Shown: positions 1 to 6,092, counted from the first letter of the stretch. The stretch: DNA of 64,000 nucleotides from a virus (IMGVR_UViG_3300028027_000002:1-64000); one strand, 5' to 3'. Made by a program: numbers and translations. Notes: generated by a model not told the origin, from the sequence alone.

Positions 1-85
1 CTGAAATAATTTCTCCCTGCAAGGTGCGTGAGAAATACATTTTTCCTACAAGTAGGTTTTCTATTGTATAGACATTTGCTGACAT
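1..85 (-). CDS. Hypothetical early protein, 5' part (MSANVYTIENLLVGKMYFSRTLQGEIIS...), runs off the window
   Basis: Manually translated; ATG at 85-83 preceded by AGAAAGAGG SD and the promoter at 118-140; not in ORF track. Confidence 0.6.
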   Translation of the reverse strand, partial: MSANVYTIENLLVGKMYFSRTLQGEIIS

Positions 86-117
86 TTGCCAACCTCTTTC
101 TTTTTGTTATTAAATCT

Positions 118-140
118 ATCCTACCATGGGGGTCTGACAA
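118..140 (-). promoter_or_regulatory. Phage-type promoter TTGTCAGACCCCCATGGTAGGAT (conserved upstream box plus extended -10)
   Basis: Same 23-nt motif at 978-999 and 2099-2121, each upstream of a minus-strand SD-led ORF. Confidence 0.7.
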
Positions 141-170
141 ATCTTTGTTATTTATTTTTCTTACTATGTA

Positions 171-199
171 AGTTTAGCCTATTAGCCATAAATTATCAA
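171..199 (-). promoter_or_regulatory. Sigma70/SigA-type promoter TTGATA-17-TAAACT
   Basis: Near-consensus hexamers with 17-nt spacer, intergenic. Confidence 0.55.
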
Positions 200-240
200 G
201 TTACTAGCGAGTAAATCCAAATAGTGAGACGCTCAACCTA

Positions 241-256
241 TGTGATAAAACTCACA
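241..256. promoter_or_regulatory. CRP/GlxR-family palindrome TGTGA-N6-TCACA
   Basis: TGTGATAAAACTCACA, exact consensus. Confidence 0.6.
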
Positions 257-330
257 GAGTGGCGACACGCCCGACCGCGACGTCCCAAAAAATTGGGAGC
301 AGTTTTAGATCTTGCTCAGGATTTTATTTA

Positions 331-522
331 TTATGAATTAGTATTTGCTAAATCATTTACGCCACATGCAATTTTAAAAGTCATTGGATTAAATCTTGGG
401 TTATCAGATAAAAACATGTCTGAAAAATCATAGATTAAATCTTCAAAAGTAAATTGGTCAATTAACTCTGAATAACTTTTTAGAATTTCAGCGGTAGCGA
501 CATAGTCCTTGCGTGTCATCAT
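331..522 (-). CDS. Small hypothetical phage protein (MTRKDY...DNPRF type)
   Basis: ORF; TAATG coupling to upstream gene. Confidence 0.75.
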   Translation of the reverse strand: MMTRKDYVATAEILKSYSELIDQFTFEDLIYDFSDMFLSDNPRFNPMTFKIACGVNDLANTNS

Positions 523-728
523 TATTCTGCCACCTTTAGAATTGCATAGGTACCACGCTCATTTAGTTCATCAAGCACTGGCTGAATTTTTGGTGTAAGT
601 AATTCTTTTAGCATTCCTTCAAGAAGTGTTATTTGCATTTCGTTTTCTAGTGCAAGAAGTTGCATACCGATTGGGTGAGTTTCATCAACCTCAGTTACGA
701 ATTTTAGATTGTGTTCGATTTTTACCAT
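522..728 (-). CDS. Small hypothetical phage protein
   Basis: ORF in coupled operon, AGGA SD. Confidence 0.75.
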   Translation of the reverse strand: MVKIEHNLKFVTEVDETHPIGMQLLALENEMQITLLEGMLKELLTPKIQPVLDELNERGTYAILKVAE

Positions 729-746
729 TGTTAGTTTTCCTATTCT

Positions 747-944
747 TTAGTTTGAGTTAGTAAGTGTACGAGTGCCACGAAGTGTGCCACTTAGACCGAG
801 AGCATCGCAAGCGATTTTTACAGATACGCCAACAGGTAATTGTGTTGGGTATTGTGATACGAATTGAGCAACCGCACCCTTAGAGGCAAGGTTGATTTTT
901 TTGACAGAACCATTAAAGGTTTCTAGTGTTAGAGTGTAAGTCAT
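747..944 (-). CDS. Small hypothetical phage protein
   Basis: ORF with GAAAGGA SD, downstream of the promoter at 978-999. Confidence 0.75.
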   Translation of the reverse strand: MTYTLTLETFNGSVKKINLASKGAVAQFVSQYPTQLPVGVSVKIACDALGLSGTLRGTRTLTNSN

Positions 945-977
945 TGAGAGACTTCCTTTCGTTAAGTTGATAAGACT

Positions 978-999
978 ATCCTATCATGGGGGGCTGACA
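978..999 (-). promoter_or_regulatory. Phage-type promoter TGTCAGCCCCCCATGATAGGAT
   Basis: Second copy of the 23-nt motif. Confidence 0.7.
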
Positions 1000-1004
1000 T
1001 TTTT

Positions 1005-1066
1005 GCCACTTATTCGCTAAGGCTCATTGTGATTTACATCACACTTATTTGCTTAGGCTCATTGGC
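1005..1066 (-). ncRNA. Putative structured leader RNA, copy 1 (twin AUGAGCC-N-GCAAAUAAG element)
   Basis: GCCA/TGGC outer stem, two motif copies, inner TGTGAT/ATCACA hairpin; same architecture with different stems at 2480-2541. Confidence 0.6.
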
Positions 1067-1097
1067 TAAACTGTCATTATTTAATTGTTATAGTAGA

Positions 1098-1126
1098 ATA
1101 CTAGCAGATAAAAGTGAAAAAGTCAA
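1098..1126 (-). promoter_or_regulatory. Sigma70/SigA-type promoter TTGACT-17-TAGTAT (extended -10 TGC)
   Basis: Near-consensus hexamers, correct spacing. Confidence 0.65.
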
Positions 1127-1173
1127 GTTTAGACACGCACAAATCGGACATTTTCTATGTGATTTACATCATA

Positions 1174-1187
1174 CGAACATCTGTTCG
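1174..1187. promoter_or_regulatory. LexA (SOS) box, Gram-positive/actinobacterial type CGAAC-N4-GTTCG
   Basis: CGAACATCTGTTCG; abuts CRP-like site 1158-1173. Confidence 0.55.
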
Positions 1188-1218
1188 AAACGACGTCGTT
1201 TTTTTGCAGGGAATTTAT

Positions 1219-1308
1219 TTATTCAGTTACAAATAAATAAAACCCATAACACAAACAGATCATTGAAAACCAAAAGAGTGCATTTCCATTTACAAAAAAG
1301 TCAATCAT
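1219..1308 (-). CDS. 29-aa membrane micro-protein (MIDFFVNGNALFWFSMICLCYGFYLFVTE)
   Basis: Manually translated; abuts upstream stop; GAGG SD; hydrophobic. Confidence 0.55.
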   Translation of the reverse strand: MIDFFVNGNALFWFSMICLCYGFYLFVTE

Positions 1309-1449
1309 TTATTCAACCTCAATTTCTCTATAGTCAATAACATGAAAGTCAAGTTGTCTTTCTAGAGGCATAGCCTTTAGCCATGATAGTGCAGACTCAA
1401 AATCTTCTGCTTCAACATCAACGAATAACTCAAAATTAAAAATAGCCAT
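1309..1449 (-). CDS. 46-aa acidic hypothetical protein (MAIFNFELFVDVEAEDFESA...)
   Basis: Manually translated; AAAGGAG SD. Confidence 0.65.
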   Translation of the reverse strand: MAIFNFELFVDVEAEDFESALSWLKAMPLERQLDFHVIDYREIEVE

Positions 1450-1454
1450 TTTAT

Positions 1455-1619
1455 TTATTCTCCTTTCTTGTATAAAAAATCCCAAGCCTTACGGCATAAC
1501 ACGATAGACTTGCAGTTATCGCAACAGATAACACCATGAGGGTTTAACTCAAGGTCATACATGTCAATTGTGGTAGTTACTGCACCACATACAGATTTAA
1601 TTGGTACAAAGGTACTCAT
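1455..1619 (-). CDS. 54-aa Cys-containing hypothetical protein (..CGA..CCDNC..)
   Basis: Manually translated; ATGA overlap with upstream ORF. Confidence 0.65.
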   Translation of the reverse strand: MSTFVPIKSVCGAVTTTIDMYDLELNPHGVICCDNCKSIVLCRKAWDFLYKKGE

Positions 1620-1795
1620 TTAGAAACCTTCCAATCTGTCCACATAGGTAGACGCTCTGGGTCGGTATCGTTATACCAACGCTCAATGTTTTGTTCACAA
1701 TCTTGGCAGAAAGTGAATTGCTCATCTCCAATTTCTGAGATAGCAGATTTCATTGGATTGTGCTCTACGCACTTTTTATTTTCTAGTGTTATCAT
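1616..1795 (-). CDS. Small Zn-finger-like hypothetical protein (CxxH...CxxC)
   Basis: ORF track 1616..1804; start moved to ATG 1795 after AGAAAGG SD. Confidence 0.7.
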   Translation of the reverse strand: MITLENKKCVEHNPMKSAISEIGDEQFTFCQDCEQNIERWYNDTDPERLPMWTDWKVSK

Positions 1796-1862
1796 TTTTG
1801 ACAACCTTTCTTTTTTTTATTAGTTAATTTTTATTTATTAAGTTTTTTATTTCTCTAATTTC

Positions 1863-2045
1863 TTAGAGAGAGCGACCACATTGTGAGTGGTAGCAAGTAC
1901 GACCATAAGAGTCGCCATTTGTTGTACAAATGTCGTGAATTGTAGCGGGTGCAAGTATTACTTGACCGCATTGGCATAAATTCATCATGCCTTTAGGGTA
2001 ATCGCTAGTAGTAGCGAACCCTTGTCCAAATAGTGAATTACTCAT
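1863..2045 (-). CDS. Small Cys/His-rich hypothetical protein
   Basis: ORF with AGAAAGGAG SD, first gene after the promoter at 2099-2121. Confidence 0.7.
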   Translation of the reverse strand: MSNSLFGQGFATTSDYPKGMMNLCQCGQVILAPATIHDICTTNGDSYGRTCYHSQCGRSL

Positions 2046-2098
2046 TTAGTAACTCCTTTCTGTTAAATAACCTTTATTTAACTTTCTTTATACTAGTA

Positions 2099-2121
2099 AG
2101 TATAGCAGGGGGGTCTGACAA
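2099..2121 (-). promoter_or_regulatory. Phage-type promoter TTGTCAGACCCCCCTGCTATACT
   Basis: Third copy of the 23-nt motif. Confidence 0.7.
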
Positions 2122-2153
2122 ATAGCAGGGTATAAAAGGTATAAATCGGACAT

Positions 2154-2185
2154 TGTGATGTAGCACACATGTGATGTACACCACA
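2154..2185. promoter_or_regulatory. Two tandem CRP/GlxR-like sites
   Basis: TGTGATGTAGCACACA and TGTGATGTACACCACA, one mismatch each. Confidence 0.45.
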
Positions 2186-2189
2186 TTAG

Positions 2190-2209
2190 TTATACACAGG
2201 TTATCCACA
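2190..2209 (+). promoter_or_regulatory. Two tandem DnaA boxes
   Basis: TTATACACA (2190-2198) and TTATCCACA (2201-2209). Confidence 0.6.
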
Positions 2210-2216
2210 GGGGACG

Positions 2217-2370
2217 TCCCCTATATACCCCCCTATATAGGTACCCCTATATGTACCCCCCTATATAGGCGTATACGCCCAAGACTGGTCATGTGCATAT
2301 AGGCCTAAGACCAGTCATGTGCCTATGCACCTAAGATCAGTCATGTGTATATGCGCCTAAGACTGGTCAT
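2217..2370. repeat. Repeat block: 4x CCCCTATAT motif, then about 3.5 copies of a 26-bp tandem repeat (CCtAAGAcyrGTCATGTG...); iteron/origin-like
   Basis: 26-bp units start at 2278, 2304, 2330, 2356; lies at the strand switch. Confidence 0.8.
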
Positions 2371-2382
2371 TTAGACGTCCCG

Positions 2383-2398
2383 TGTGATGCGAATCACA
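2383..2398. promoter_or_regulatory. CRP/GlxR-family palindrome
   Basis: TGTGATGCGAATCACA exact consensus, upstream of the -35 at 2420. Confidence 0.6.
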
Positions 2399-2419
2399 TG
2401 CGACACGCCGTGTTATAAC

Positions 2420-2448
2420 TTGACTTTTGGGGGTAGATGTGTTATTAT
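2420..2448 (+). promoter_or_regulatory. Sigma70/SigA-type promoter TTGACT-17-TATTAT
   Basis: Near-consensus with TG extension. Confidence 0.7.
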
Positions 2449-2479
2449 ACTAGTATAAGAAAAATTAAATAGAGATAAA

Positions 2480-2541
2480 AGGTTATGAGCCTAGCAAATA
2501 AGATAACGAATTGTTATATGAGCCTAGCAAATAAGTGACCT
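2480..2541 (+). ncRNA. Putative structured leader RNA, copy 2
   Basis: AGGTTA/TGACCT outer stem, 2x ATGAGCCTAGCAAATAAG, inner ATAAC/GTTAT hairpin. Confidence 0.6.
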
Positions 2542-2642
2542 AAATCACAAGCCTCACGCTCCACATAGTGAGACTACTAGTGAGTATACTAGACAGTACG
2601 GGAAATGTCTGCTAGTATTACTACTATAACAATTAAATAAAA

Positions 2643-2707
2643 AAGTTTGAGCCTTTAGGGTGAGCCTCTAGAAAATAGAGCAAATAAATCTAAAGCAAAT
2701 AAAACTT
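2643..2707 (+). ncRNA. Putative structured leader RNA, nested variant
   Basis: Hairpin with two GAGCC/GCAAATAA internal loops separated by paired stems. Confidence 0.55.
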
Positions 2708-2747
2708 AGCCCCTATTAACTAATAAAAAAAGAAAGGTGGTCTATAA

Positions 2748-2954
2748 ATGACTACATTAAGTAACTACTCTAACATAGAGGTAGGCGATACCATTACCCT
2801 ACCTAATTGCATGAACCTTGTTAAATCAGGGGTAATTGTAAAAATTAGAAAATGGAATGGTAGCGCAATGCGTGTTATCTGCTCCAATGGTGCTATTTTT
2901 GAGTTAAATAAGCACAAGCGTGATTTTATCCTCACTAGAGAGGAGAATAACTAA
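2748..2954 (+). CDS. Small hypothetical protein (possible SH3/KOW-like beta fold)
   Basis: ORF with AGAAAGGTGG SD. Confidence 0.7.
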   Translation: MTTLSNYSNIEVGDTITLPNCMNLVKSGVIVKIRKWNGSAMRVICSNGAIFELNKHKRDFILTREENN

Positions 2955-3043
2955 TGAGCCTACCCCTTATTGTCCTAGCCTTGTCAGTGCTATCCGCTAT
3001 AATTGTGCTTATCCCTACTATGTTAGATAAGAGTGAATTCTAA
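2954..3043 (+). CDS. 29-aa membrane micro-protein (MSLPLIVLALSVLSAIIVLIPTMLDKSEF)
   Basis: Manually translated; GAGGAG SD; TAATG coupling at both ends. Confidence 0.65.
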   Translation: MSLPLIVLALSVLSAIIVLIPTMLDKSEF

Positions 3044-3147
3044 TGCACTTATACTTATGCTCATCATGCAACACGCTTGCAATCGTTACCCAAAAAGGAA
3101 AACAAATAACAATCAACCCCTGCTCATGCACTAAAGAAAAGAGATAA
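3043..3147 (+). CDS. 34-aa Zn-ribbon-like micro-protein (CSSC...CSC)
   Basis: Manually translated; TAATG coupling. Confidence 0.6.
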   Translation: MHLYLCSSCNTLAIVTQKGKQITINPCSCTKEKR

Positions 3148-3151
3148 ATAA

Positions 3152-3361
3152 ATGAACACAAATACATGCAAGGTAATTAACTGCGACTCAACAGAGTTGG
3201 TCTATAGTGGAACAGATGCCTTTATGCTAGGCATCAACACAGAAACCTATTGCTATAAGTGCGCTAATGCTTATGCACAAATAGATAGAGTTATGTCTAA
3301 GGTAAGACAAGATTACCTAGACTCGCTCACTCCTCCATCAACACTCACTACATCAGACTAA
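3152..3361 (+). CDS. Small Cys-containing hypothetical protein
   Basis: ORF; CxxxxC...CxxC. Confidence 0.7.
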   Translation: MNTNTCKVINCDSTELVYSGTDAFMLGINTETYCYKCANAYAQIDRVMSKVRQDYLDSLTPPSTLTTSD

Positions 3362-3370
3362 GGAGAATAA

Positions 3371-3661
3371 ATGTTCGATTTTATTTCTGCACCATTTGAG
3401 TGGTTTGCCAATGTTGTGCAATACTCGCTCATTTTTATGGCGGTAATGATGCTAGTGCTAACAATAGGCGCGGTGGTTGCAATTCCTTTAGGTCTAAAAC
3501 TTTTAGGTGTTGCATTCGCTAAAACTATTGTAGTAGAAACTAGCAAGGTACTAAGAGACATAGGTATTACTAACATAGACCTCAAGCAAGCAAAAGAAAA
3601 CGAAAAAATGAAGGCTTGGGTAGATCGCAAGGTGGTACCGATACTAAGTAAATCTGGTTAG
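3371..3661 (+). CDS. Hypothetical membrane protein
   Basis: AAGGAG SD; long hydrophobic segment. Confidence 0.75.
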   Translation: MFDFISAPFEWFANVVQYSLIFMAVMMLVLTIGAVVAIPLGLKLLGVAFAKTIVVETSKVLRDIGITNIDLKQAKENEKMKAWVDRKVVPILSKSG

Positions 3662-3686
3662 CACCACCCAGTAGTATTTATTAAGT

Positions 3687-3721
3687 AGGTACCAGTAGTT
3701 AAATAAAAATTGCTGGTACCT
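3687..3721. terminator. Hairpin ending the rightward early operon
   Basis: AGGTACCAGTA/TGCTGGTACCT inverted repeat. Confidence 0.55.
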
Positions 3722-3906
3722 CTTACTAAATAAAATAAAAATAAATAAAAAAATAAATTAACATCAAAATTTTGGGACGTTTATGTGCTCACTATATTTT
3801 TGCCCTACTTTTTTTAAAACCCTGCATCATACATCTGGTAAAAATATTCAGATTTTGGGGTATTTGAATTTTTGAAATTTTTTCAGAATGGTGCTATAAT
3901 TGGTCC

Positions 3907-3993
3907 ATGACCGAAGAAAAGTTAACCCTGTGTTGCGATGCATGCACATGCACCAACTCACACAGATCAGCACCACCAACAGACCAAGAATAG
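3907..3993 (+). CDS. 28-aa Cys-rich leaderless micro-protein (MTEEKLTLCCDACTCTNSHRSAPPTDQE)
   Basis: TGCTATAAT at 3892-3900, ATG 6 nt later. Confidence 0.55.
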   Translation: MTEEKLTLCCDACTCTNSHRSAPPTDQE

Positions 3994-4019
3994 TCAAGGC
4001 TGTTTAGGGGTATCCTGAC

Positions 4020-4664
4020 ATGTACATACACATAGAATCACTTGAAAGAAGTGGCAGCACCTTCTTTGCCTATGCAATTTCTTTGGCAACTGGGATAGAC
4101 GTTAAATCAAGTCCAGATCACAAACTATACCCACTACAAACATATGACGGTATAGATCCTTTTATAATCACATTAAGAGATGCTCTTCCATCCATAGTGT
4201 CTGCAAAAATATATAGAGATTATTTTTACAACAACAAACTCTCTAACTCCTATGACATAGAAAACACACTCTTAGAGAACATAATTGCCAGGTATAAAGA
4301 GTACACCCAATACCTAATAGACAACCCTAAATTCTTTATAGCACCATTTCAAGAATTTACAAAGGATCATAACAAGGTAATAGATCTAATAGCCTACACA
4401 TATCCAAGCATAAAGAATGTAAGGCCAGTAACCTATGAAGATATTGCTGAGAGAGCAGCCCATGTAATTAAAACAGTATATCAGCCTGAAATTGGAAACC
4501 TTCCAAGAGAAAAGCATGAGAAAAAGGACGAAATAGAAAAACTTATTTTAAAAGATTATTCAGATGATATAGATTATATTCAGTCTAACATAAACAAACT
4601 ATATAATAAATATTATGCTCTAGAGTTAGAGTATAACAAAAATACGACAGGAGATAAAAAATAA
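4020..4664 (+). CDS. Sulfotransferase-like (P-loop) protein
   Basis: ERSGSTFF (5'-PSB-like) and LRDALPSIVS (3'-PB-like); paralog of 5447..6043. Confidence 0.55.
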   Translation: MYIHIESLERSGSTFFAYAISLATGIDVKSSPDHKLYPLQTYDGIDPFIITLRDALPSIVSAKIYRDYFYNNKLSNSYDIENTLLENIIARYKEYTQYLIDNPKFFIAPFQEFTKDHNKVIDLIAYTYPSIKNVRPVTYEDIAERAAHVIKTVYQPEIGNLPREKHEKKDEIEKLILKDYSDDIDYIQSNINKLYNKYYALELEYNKNTTGDKK

Positions 4665-4874
4665 ATGGGAATACTAGAAAATTTTGAAAACGCCTGGGAC
4701 ATAGATTTCCAGGAAGAACCAAAGGCTCCTGAATTCGAATCTAAGCCTATGCCAATAACAGATAACATGGGAAGAGAATTATTTTGGGAAGATGCAGGAC
4801 GCCCAGAAGAGACATCACTGTCTGTAAAATTATTTTCAGATACTGTTTGTTCTAACTGTTCTTGTAAAGACTAA
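4665..4874 (+). CDS. Hypothetical protein, C-terminal CxxCxC
   Basis: ORF, AGGAG SD. Confidence 0.7.
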   Translation: MGILENFENAWDIDFQEEPKAPEFESKPMPITDNMGRELFWEDAGRPEETSLSVKLFSDTVCSNCSCKD

Positions 4875-4877
4875 AGC

Positions 4878-5426
4878 ATGCAAGAACTTGCTCCAGGTAT
4901 AGTGCTATATAGTGATGTAATTAAAAATTATTCTGAAGTAAGGGATAGAATACAATCAACTGAGCCTATCTGGGAAGCAGCAAAGACAATGTCTGGTGAG
5001 GAAAAAGAATATAGAGATACCGATCTATCTGTTGTTAAATATAAAATTTCAGAAAACACTAATGATTTTGCTAAAGACATATCTAGAACCTTTTCCAATT
5101 CTTTTGAAAAAATAGAAAAAGAGTACATGGCCTCCTATAAAACCTATTGTCCAGATCACACAAACTATGCAATATTAAGATACGGCAAAGGTCAATTTTT
5201 TACAGATCACATTGATGATTTTCACGGTATAGACAGGCGCATATCTTCAGTGTATTATCTAAATGATAACTTTACTGGAGGGGTAATATCGTTTCCAAGA
5301 TTTAATATATCTTATCAGCCAGTTGCAAACGAGTTACTCTTATTTCCGTCTGCATACGTATACAATCACTCGATAAGCCCAGTAGAAGAAGGAACCCGAT
5401 ACTCTGTTGTTTCTTGGATGAAATAA
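4878..5426 (+). CDS. 2OG-Fe(II) oxygenase, prolyl-4-hydroxylase-like
   Basis: HID...YYLND.F.GG.I.F...H...V..G.RYS. Confidence 0.85.
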   Translation: MQELAPGIVLYSDVIKNYSEVRDRIQSTEPIWEAAKTMSGEEKEYRDTDLSVVKYKISENTNDFAKDISRTFSNSFEKIEKEYMASYKTYCPDHTNYAILRYGKGQFFTDHIDDFHGIDRRISSVYYLNDNFTGGVISFPRFNISYQPVANELLLFPSAYVYNHSISPVEEGTRYSVVSWMK

Positions 5427-5446
5427 CTTAGTGGTAAAATAATAAT

Positions 5447-6043
5447 ATGAAAATATACATTGACGGTTTAGAAAGATCTGGTAACACATTTTTGGCGGGA
5501 TCAATAGGTTACACACTTGGTATACAAGCAGTACCACTATGGTCACATAAGGTTGAAACATTAGAAAACAGAGATATAGAATATCCATTTGTAGTTCCTT
5601 TGAGAGACGTGTTACCATCTATAACATCTGCAAAGTTGTACAGAGACTATGTTACTGCTAATAACATTCAGACTAACAAAAGAACTGGTGAACCAGAAGA
5701 ACTTATTGAAAGGTATTCGTCTTATATAAAATATCTTAAAAGCGACACAGATTTATTCATTGCTCCATTTTCAGAATTTACAAAAGATCATAATGCTGTA
5801 GTTAATGTTATTGCTAAAGAAAATAACTTGCCAATAAATCAAATATATACATCAGAAGAAATTATTAAGAAAATAGGAGAAAACCCAAAGTTGGATAATC
5901 CATACACTGGAAACTTCCCAAGAGAACATGCAAAAGAATACAAGGATGTAGAAAACTTGTTTCTTTCAAAATATAAATCAGATATAGACTATATGCAAAA
6001 AAATATAAATATACTATATCAAAGGTATTACGAAAAGTTATAA
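5447..6043 (+). CDS. Sulfotransferase-like (P-loop) protein
   Basis: GLERSGNTFL and LRDVLPSITS motifs; leaderless promoter 5432-5440. Confidence 0.55.
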   Translation: MKIYIDGLERSGNTFLAGSIGYTLGIQAVPLWSHKVETLENRDIEYPFVVPLRDVLPSITSAKLYRDYVTANNIQTNKRTGEPEELIERYSSYIKYLKSDTDLFIAPFSEFTKDHNAVVNVIAKENNLPINQIYTSEEIIKKIGENPKLDNPYTGNFPREHAKEYKDVENLFLSKYKSDIDYMQKNINILYQRYYEKL

Positions 6044-6055
6044 AATAAACTTGGT

Positions 6056-6092
6056 TTGGTGATCGACCCTATACTCTTGATCGATCAACCAA
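6056..6092. terminator. Hairpin between convergent genes
   Basis: TTGGTGATCGA/TCGATCAACCAA. Confidence 0.45.

Noticed and set aside
224-433. Plus-strand ORF 224..433
   Set aside because: Overlaps regulatory motifs and a better-supported minus-strand gene; no SD
1029-1340. Plus-strand ORF 1029..1340
   Set aside because: Runs across the promoter, the RNA element and minus-strand micro-genes; atypical composition
2278-2370. 26-bp repeats as a mini CRISPR array
   Set aside because: Units are directly tandem with only about 8 variable nt, there are no unique spacers of 30 nt or more, and no cas genes
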